NCBI GenBank assembly: GCA_043812495.1
Contig: JBDRMG010000066.1
Location: 1-53,986, forward strand
Length of the DNA stretch: 53,986 nt
Reading direction: 5' to 3'
Source: Candidatus Omnitrophota bacterium
Lineage (GTDB): Bacteria > Omnitrophota > Gorgyraeia > Zapsychrales > JBDRMG01
The notes beneath the pieces are model-generated. The model saw only the letters and a program-made list of their open reading frames with translations. It made no database searches and had not been told where the DNA came from. Below, piece after piece: positions 48,355 to 53,986 of the stretch. The position numbers and the translations under genes were made by a program. Within the stretch, counting starts at the first letter, position 1; every line of letters starts with the position of its first letter.

Positions 48355-51096
48355 CTAATAAAGAATTATTTGGGTTTCGTTGCCGCAGCTCGCTGTGCTT
48401 GTTCCGCAATCTTCACAATTGCAAGGGTCCTCTTCCGCGTTACAGAAACCATCCCCGCAATATTCCGCGATGCACTGGTCCGGACAATTTGTCCAGTTGA
48501 ACGGCGCATAAGGGATTTCCTGAACGAGACCGACCGTGAAAAATCCGGCTAATTCATCCGGCGGAACATAATTGGCTACATTGGCATAGTCCGCATCATA
48601 GGTTATTTCGGGTCTTTTGCCGGTTATGAGAAAGTCCGAAGGAGGATCATCCGTGCGCGTTCGTTTAGTGTTATTGGAAAACCACGAGTCACTTGTATTC
48701 CAGGGAGTGTCGCAGCCGGTACCATCTCCGTTAAGGATAAAACAGCGGATGGGATTCTCGTATCTTTGCGCGTCGAGTTCATTGTTTCGCTGGTCGCGGT
48801 TGTTTTCCTCCACATCGACATGCCCCACCGGCTGAAATGTTTCTGTATCAAGTTGAATCATCGAGCCGGAAATAAACGCCTGTTTTTGAATCCAGGTTTG
48901 ATTATAAGACGGCTGAAGGACCGGTGTTTCAAAATAGCCCCATCGCTCCAGAAAATCAGGTTCAACAGCGTAATGACCGGCCAGAGAAATATTGTAACGG
49001 ACATCATCAGAAACCGCGTGGGCCATTTTCATTGCACGAGGATTAACTGTTCCGCTTTTAGGCCAATTCGCCGGATCGTCATCAGCAAATGTATAATAAT
49101 AATCTAATACGTCAAAGCCAGGAGATAGGCCAAAATCCGAGCGGAACCCAGTTCCCGCAGGCAGACCGGCCCATGCGCCTGCTCCTTCATAGGGATAATC
49201 GAGATGATGTTGGGGCATGGGAAGGCTTTTAGGGAAATCAAAATCTTCCGAAACAAGATTCACTTTATTGGAAACAATGGCCGCTGACGGCTGTTTGTCC
49301 TCCGGAATCACGGGGTCATTATAATCTCCCACAATCGTGAAATCTCCTTGGATAAAATAGGATAGGCCCCCTTCCGGAAGCTGCTTGGCATTTTCGACGG
49401 TTAAACCAAGAGGGACGTCCATGAGATCGGGTAAATCCCCCGGGTACGGACTGTCAAAAACAGGAGGATCATTATTCACCAGCATGATAATATTGCTTTC
49501 GGGAACCCATGGCCCAATACCCCCGTTCAGCGCGTAATACTCTTCGCATGCTATCAAAACGCCCATATCAAGGACAAGAGTTTTATTCACAACGCCGTAT
49601 TTATTATTAATAAAAACTTCATCCCGAAAAATTTCTTTTTTACCGTCATTAGTCGTGCATCTAATACTATTAATGGGCGGGGAATATGATCTTCCGTTAA
49701 GTTTAATCTCTTGCACGGCCCCCTGATCACCCGCCTTAATCAATAGACCGTTTTCCTCGCTTTTCTGCATGATTTGAAGAATATTAATGTCCGGAACCGT
49801 AAATTTATGGCCGCCTGAATTCCGGTCTTTCAGGACATCGTCTAATTCCACACTAGTGAGAAAATTATTCCAAGCCGTGCTTTGGGCATCTGAATCCGTC
49901 AGATTCAAACTTGCGGGATTGTCGTGGTCGCCGAGATAGATTCTTTTTTCATAGGAGGGCGCGCCGGGAAGACGGCTGGGAATATACTTCCCCAGTATGT
50001 TCACATTCTTTTCATAATAAGCACCGTTATACCCAACGGGATCATCGTTAGCGCAGTTTCCAATGATTTTACACATTTTGGGATCTTGCTCCAGATAAGC
50101 GTATTGATAGGCACTGCTGTTCGCATGCCAGTTGACCGAACTCCAGCCGCTGTCTGCCACAAATTTTTCCCGATCTCCCCACGGCCAGATGGGCTGCTGA
50201 TTGGAATCTGTCGGGTTCCACTCCTCAATAACACCACAACTGGCATTATTGCAGGCCAAAAGGCCTCTTCTTTCACCCGCGAAATGACCGTCCATTTTGT
50301 TGATATAGTTGCCTCCACCAAGGCCGTCATTGGGATAAATATAAGGTTCCCGTCTGGATGGATATAGAGTGTTTTCGCCGCCTTCGCCCGGATAAACTAA
50401 AGGAGAGTATTCCCAGTAGAATTTCCCGGCGGTCGAAAGCTCCGAAACATCCGTGATCGTAACGCTTTCATTGAATTTGATATTGCCGTTCGCGTGAATG
50501 CCTCCGCCGTTAGCGTTAATCGTCTGCCACCCGAAGGCCGCGTCATCACTATAAAAGGCGGCAAAATTGTACATCGAGATACCCTCTATTTTACCGAAAA
50601 ATAATCGGATCGGATCACTCGCCACTGTCTTGATCAGCGCATAATAGTCTTTACTTTTTTGATAGACTTTGGCGTAAGCGATCACGTCGCTTGTCGCGCC
50701 AGCATCCTCGCGCAGCGCGTAGACATAATTTTCATTACCATTGTCGTCCAGTACTCCTTCGTCGAGAATGGCCGCGCCGGGCAAAAGATCGCTATCGGGA
50801 ATAGCGTCCGCAGGTTTAGCCAACAGCCGCCCGCCCGTAAATAAATCAAGCGTATGGGTCGTGAAAATATTATCGCTGTAAGAATTCCGGGTGATCTCAA
50901 GGAAAACATATTCCAGCGTCTTCACGGCCGCATATTGCGCCTTAATTTTATTATAGATTTTTCTGATATTGCGGTTATTCGCGCCGGATTGAATAAAAAT
51001 AATAATTCCATAGGCCCCCAGCAGGAAAACCAGAGGGAGAACAATCATGAAGGATATGGTGTAGCCTTTTTTCTCAAAATATTTTCGCCAGAACAT
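48355..51096 (-). CDS. Large PilX-like extracellular protein, cassette 2 (paralog of 42447..45533)
   Basis: KKGYTISF hydrophobic helix, KAQYAA; shares GIS.Y..A.FYS, GWQ.I.A, GLLAC..A.C, KQPSAA, LPMPQ.H..YPY and KMAH with the paralog; ATG 51096 preferred. Confidence 0.7.
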   Translation of the reverse strand: MFWRKYFEKKGYTISFMIVLPLVFLLGAYGIIIFIQSGANNRNIRKIYNKIKAQYAAVKTLEYVFLEITRNSYSDNIFTTHTLDLFTGGRLLAKPADAIPDSDLLPGAAILDEGVLDDNGNENYVYALREDAGATSDVIAYAKVYQKSKDYYALIKTVASDPIRLFFGKIEGISMYNFAAFYSDDAAFGWQTINANGGGIHANGNIKFNESVTITDVSELSTAGKFYWEYSPLVYPGEGGENTLYPSRREPYIYPNDGLGGGNYINKMDGHFAGERRGLLACNNASCGVIEEWNPTDSNQQPIWPWGDREKFVADSGWSSVNWHANSSAYQYAYLEQDPKMCKIIGNCANDDPVGYNGAYYEKNVNILGKYIPSRLPGAPSYEKRIYLGDHDNPASLNLTDSDAQSTAWNNFLTSVELDDVLKDRNSGGHKFTVPDINILQIMQKSEENGLLIKAGDQGAVQEIKLNGRSYSPPINSIRCTTNDGKKEIFRDEVFINNKYGVVNKTLVLDMGVLIACEEYYALNGGIGPWVPESNIIMLVNNDPPVFDSPYPGDLPDLMDVPLGLTVENAKQLPEGGLSYFIQGDFTIVGDYNDPVIPEDKQPSAAIVSNKVNLVSEDFDFPKSLPMPQHHLDYPYEGAGAWAGLPAGTGFRSDFGLSPGFDVLDYYYTFADDDPANWPKSGTVNPRAMKMAHAVSDDVRYNISLAGHYAVEPDFLERWGYFETPVLQPSYNQTWIQKQAFISGSMIQLDTETFQPVGHVDVEENNRDQRNNELDAQRYENPIRCFILNGDGTGCDTPWNTSDSWFSNNTKRTRTDDPPSDFLITGKRPEITYDADYANVANYVPPDELAGFFTVGLVQEIPYAPFNWTNCPDQCIAEYCGDGFCNAEEDPCNCEDCGTSTASCGNETQIILY

Positions 51097-51119
51097 AGTT
51101 TTTGTCCCTTTTTCCTTTC

Positions 51120-51719
51120 TTATTCTAAACCGCATGTCGGCGCGCCCAGCTCTCCGGATATATAATCGATGATACGAACGGCGTCGTCAATATCGATTGA
51201 GTCGATGCCGTCCGCATTGCCGTAAGTCAGATCCGGGGCCGGGCCTCCGCGGAAGATATAGTCAAGAAGATAATTGACATCATCGATATCAATCCCTCCG
51301 TCTTCATTGCAGTCTCCGCATTTTTGATTGCCTGCGCATTCTTCGGGGCAATTCAAGGCGTTTTCTCCCACATCGCAATCGCCATCCCCATTACAAGCAT
51401 TCTGGGAGTCGAAGGTATCTTTGCTATTGCGCGGAATAGCCTCTGTCTTAAGATGGATGTCCGCGTCTTTCACAAGACTGCCGGGCGTATCCAAGGCATG
51501 GACCTCGATGGAAAATCGATCGCTGTCTTCCGGCTGGACAAATTCGATATTATCGATGCCGTCGGCTATGACTTTGTTGAATACGGCCTCTTGAGAGTAG
51601 GCCGCATGCTCCGCGCCGGGAAAACAAAATATCACGAAAAATATCCCAGCTACAAGAAGCAGAAGAAACACCTCCCGTGCGCGGTCAAGCCCTTTTTGCG
51701 CGTTATTCTTGTATTGCAT
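51120..51719 (-). CDS. Exported protein with a PilW C-terminal-like segment, Cys repeat and type I dockerin, cassette 2
   Basis: KVIADGIDNIEF...LKTEAIPRN; CGDCNEDGGIDIDDVNYLLDYIF and GNADGIDSIDIDDAV; SD aggtga before ATG 51719. Confidence 0.7.
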   Translation of the reverse strand: MQYKNNAQKGLDRAREVFLLLLVAGIFFVIFCFPGAEHAAYSQEAVFNKVIADGIDNIEFVQPEDSDRFSIEVHALDTPGSLVKDADIHLKTEAIPRNSKDTFDSQNACNGDGDCDVGENALNCPEECAGNQKCGDCNEDGGIDIDDVNYLLDYIFRGGPAPDLTYGNADGIDSIDIDDAVRIIDYISGELGAPTCGLE

Positions 51720-51781
51720 GATAATCACCTTCTTTAGTCTCATCTATTTGTATTATTAAAAAAGACCAAACAAATCTAACT

Positions 51782-53059
51782 TCATAGGCACTCCGGGTTG
51801 TGTCGGCAGTAGTGGCAATTACATGATTCATCCCAATCGCATAAGCCATCGGCATCTGAACATCTATAATTGATCGAAGATGGCGGGTAAGCCGGATTCT
51901 CATAACAAGCGCAATCACTGGTTGCTCGACAGTTTTCTTTTTGTGTTAAGGGAGGACAGCTATAGGTTCCCGTATTATCACAATAGCCATCTCCTAAGCA
52001 ATTTCCTTGCGCAGCACAATAATCGCTTTTACAGGAAGGTTCAGAGGAGTTGCATTTTTCGCCCGTATCGATTTGTCCGTTTCCGCAGCAGTTATTTGGA
52101 TACGGATGAAGGTAGCAATCTGAACACAAAGAGCAATCCTCCGTGCCTTCGGGCCAGGCAGGAGGCTTGTTGCATGTGCCATCTCCGCATGAAAAACACC
52201 AAGGAGCACAGTCAATGCATCCGCAGACGACTTCACCGTTATTAGGTTGCCCGTGCACACCGTCATTGCATGTGCCGTCTCCGCAGCATGGGCTGCAATC
52301 GGCTGTGCATGCAGCGCATCCTTCGGACCAATGGCACTCGCCGTCGCCGCAATAGGGAAAATCCTCATTTTCATTGGATCCGCAGTCCGCCGTACAGTTG
52401 ACTTGACTTTCTCCGATTTGGGCATCGCAGATGCCGTTCGGGCAGCAAGGCCCGCAGTCATAAGGACATGTAAAACAACTTTCATCGTCATCGCACGTTT
52501 CATCTCGACAACAGGGGCTGCAATCGGCGCATATTCCACAGAGTCCTTCACAATCTTCGTCGGGATTAAATCCAGAATCTCCGCATTCAGCAGGAGCTTC
52601 TCCGGGCGAGCCGCAGACGGTTGCTTTGATCAGTTGTTGATTGTCATTGACAAAATACTCATAATAACAATCTTCATTTCCGATTCCTTCCTCATCATAC
52701 GCCCCGTATTTTGTTTTTCCCTCCGGCGTATAGCGGGTGCCAGCGACAGGATCATCATTGACGACGGGAACTTTGATGCTGATGGTTGAGCATCTATTAT
52801 TTCCGAATTCATCTATTTCGCAAATGGATCCCATTGGGCCGCCGCGATAACTGGCCTGGATATCGGACACAATCGGCTCGATCGCAATCGAAAGACGCGT
52901 TGATTTTGTTGCCCGTTCGGTGGAAATGGCCGAGGCGCGGATGCCTTTCTGGCTGACAATGGCAAAGCCCGTTCCCAACGTAACCAGAATAGCGATGGAC
53001 ACAAGCAATTCAGGCAGCGTGTTGGCTCTATTTTTAATCTCTTTGCGTTGATAGCTCAT
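51782..53059 (-). CDS. Prepilin N-terminal protein (PilW/PulJ-like N-half) with many Cys-rich repeats, cassette 2
   Basis: RAN-TLPE-LLV, QKGI.AS.IS..RA.K, YGAY...C.YE..VN...QLI shared with 46456..47364; SD ggag. Confidence 0.75.
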   Translation of the reverse strand: MSYQRKEIKNRANTLPELLVSIAILVTLGTGFAIVSQKGIRASAISTERATKSTRLSIAIEPIVSDIQASYRGGPMGSICEIDEFGNNRCSTISIKVPVVNDDPVAGTRYTPEGKTKYGAYDEEGIGNEDCYYEYFVNDNQQLIKATVCGSPGEAPAECGDSGFNPDEDCEGLCGICADCSPCCRDETCDDDESCFTCPYDCGPCCPNGICDAQIGESQVNCTADCGSNENEDFPYCGDGECHWSEGCAACTADCSPCCGDGTCNDGVHGQPNNGEVVCGCIDCAPWCFSCGDGTCNKPPAWPEGTEDCSLCSDCYLHPYPNNCCGNGQIDTGEKCNSSEPSCKSDYCAAQGNCLGDGYCDNTGTYSCPPLTQKENCRATSDCACYENPAYPPSSINYRCSDADGLCDWDESCNCHYCRHNPECL

Positions 53060-53067
53060 GCTTACTC

Positions 53068-53105
53068 CAAATAAAGAAACTCATCTGCATGAAAAAGATG
53101 AGCTT
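53068..53105 (-). terminator. Leader terminator (probable riboswitch expression platform), cassette 2
   Basis: Minus strand aagctcatct-ttttcatgc-agatgagttt-ctttattt just before the SD. Confidence 0.6.
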
Positions 53106-53110
53106 GCGAT

Positions 53111-53195
53111 TGTTGGCAGCCAGGCTGTCCCCTTTATTTTCGAGGATCCTTGAGCTTTGTGCCCTGTCCTTACGAACAGTTTACCTTTTTCAACA
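53111..53195 (-). ncRNA. c-di-GMP-I (GEMM-I) riboswitch, intact
   Basis: Minus strand tgttgaaaaaGGTAAACtgttcGTAAggacagGGCACAAAGCtcaaggatcc...ggacAGCctggctGCCaaca: P1 tgttg/caaca, GNRA loop, G at the Vc2 G20-equivalent position. Confidence 0.88.
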
Positions 53196-53516
53196 GATTT
53201 AAATTGTCTATTAAAGAATACCATATAAATGTAATTTATCAATGCACAAGCCGCAGGAACAATAGAAGCGCTTTCTTTGATAGCTTAAAAAGTAAGAAAA
53301 TGAAACATAACCCTTTGTCATCGCAACAACTATGACGAAAAGAGGAAATCTGCTACGAAAAAAGAAATGCAAAAATTGTACGCATCTATTATAAAGAGAA
53401 GGACGGGGTATTGTCTATAGAAAAGATTATATTATCTGGCCGAATGCGAGATTAGTTGAAATATTATAATTTCATTTGCTTGATCCCCCACCCGCCACTG
53501 AATCAATGGCGGGGCC

Positions 53517-53660
53517 TCTCGCTCATTAACATTCGCTCGAGATAAATTCCGGCAATTGTGTTACGTTCCGTCAATTCGATAAAATCGAATTGACGAGACC
53601 TCGCGAAAATATTAAGAAAAAGACGGGCGTTTCTCTCCGTAACACAAGCCGTCATTTATC
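53517..53660 (+). repeat. Double-hairpin element, THAAT family, copy G, with nested hairpins
   Basis: tctcg..cgaga, then taaat-tc-cggc-aa-ttgtgttacg..cgtaacacaa-gccg-tc-attta. Confidence 0.75.
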
Positions 53661-53912
53661 GGTCATGCACTTATGTTCTGCCGACTCATCGTCGGCATCC
53701 ATAAGCGCAGACCTCATTAAATAAGATTGCAATAAGAAATTGGCCATGTTAAAATGACAAACAATTTTATTAAAAGACTGCTTTTGAAAAACTTTTCAGA
53801 AATTTTCTAATCCATGATAGACCAAAAAACAGTTAGTGTCCGGCAAATTCAGAAACTTGACCGCCTTGCTATCCAACAGTATAAGATTCCATCGATTATT
53901 CTTATGGAAAAT

Positions 53913-53986
53913 GTCCGCCATTTCGTCCTAGGCGAAATGGCGAGACCTCGTCCGTCCCGCCAATCCACCGAAGGTGGATTGGCGGG
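53913..53986. repeat. Palindromic elements (hairpin + gagacctcg type) at the window end
   Basis: cgccatttcg/cgaaatggcg-agacctcg and cccgccaatccacc-gaa-ggtggattggcggg; similar frames at about 13633-13670, 15215-15268 (reverse) and 53565-53604. Confidence 0.6.

Noticed and set aside
42452..53004. Many alternative-frame and antisense ORFs within the Cys-rich genes
   Set aside because: Shadow ORFs caused by repetitive codon use within longer, paralog-supported genes.
53111..53195. c-GAMP-sensing GEMM-Ib variant
   Set aside because: The position equivalent to Vc2 G20 is G in both aptamers, which fits c-di-GMP.

Overview
Bacterial chromosomal window, probably Ca. Omnitrophota or another PVC lineage. 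This is an inference from the chlamydia-type V-ATPase order E-DUF2764-A-B-D-I-K and the protein styles. Housekeeping content: tRNA-Arg, pyrK/pyrD/pyrF, a probably Na+-coupled V-type ATPase operon, tRNA-Val/Asp, GT-C glycosyltransferases, two yjbQ paralogs, pabB/pabC-like genes, an Lrp regulator plus aminotransferase, peptidases, pfkB, nrnA and era. Three unusual layers sit on top. (1) Two paralogous three-gene minus-strand cassettes (42447-53195) each lie behind a c-di-GMP-I riboswitch. Each encodes what looks like a PilW-type minor pilin split into two genes, with Cys-rich repeats on both halves and a dockerin on the second, plus a large PilX-like protein. (2) Small non-coding double-hairpin elements with covarying stems are dense. 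At least 8 copies have a THAAT-tc...tc-ATTDA core and at least 4 are CCGAC/GTCGG double hairpins. They sit in leaders, in-frame in V-ATPase subunit I, in a tRNA-Asp copy and inside one riboswitch. (3) Duplicated gene ends suggest integration scars: both yjbQ genes are followed by a synonymously recoded copy of their own 3' end, and tRNA-Asp is duplicated around a small GIY-YIG nuclease. Also notable are an M1 peptidase-Omp85 barrel fusion, a DEDDh-WYL fusion, a four-helix-bundle insert in the ATPase operon and a 109-bp hairpin repeated 7001 bp apart. All calls are by eye, without database searches.
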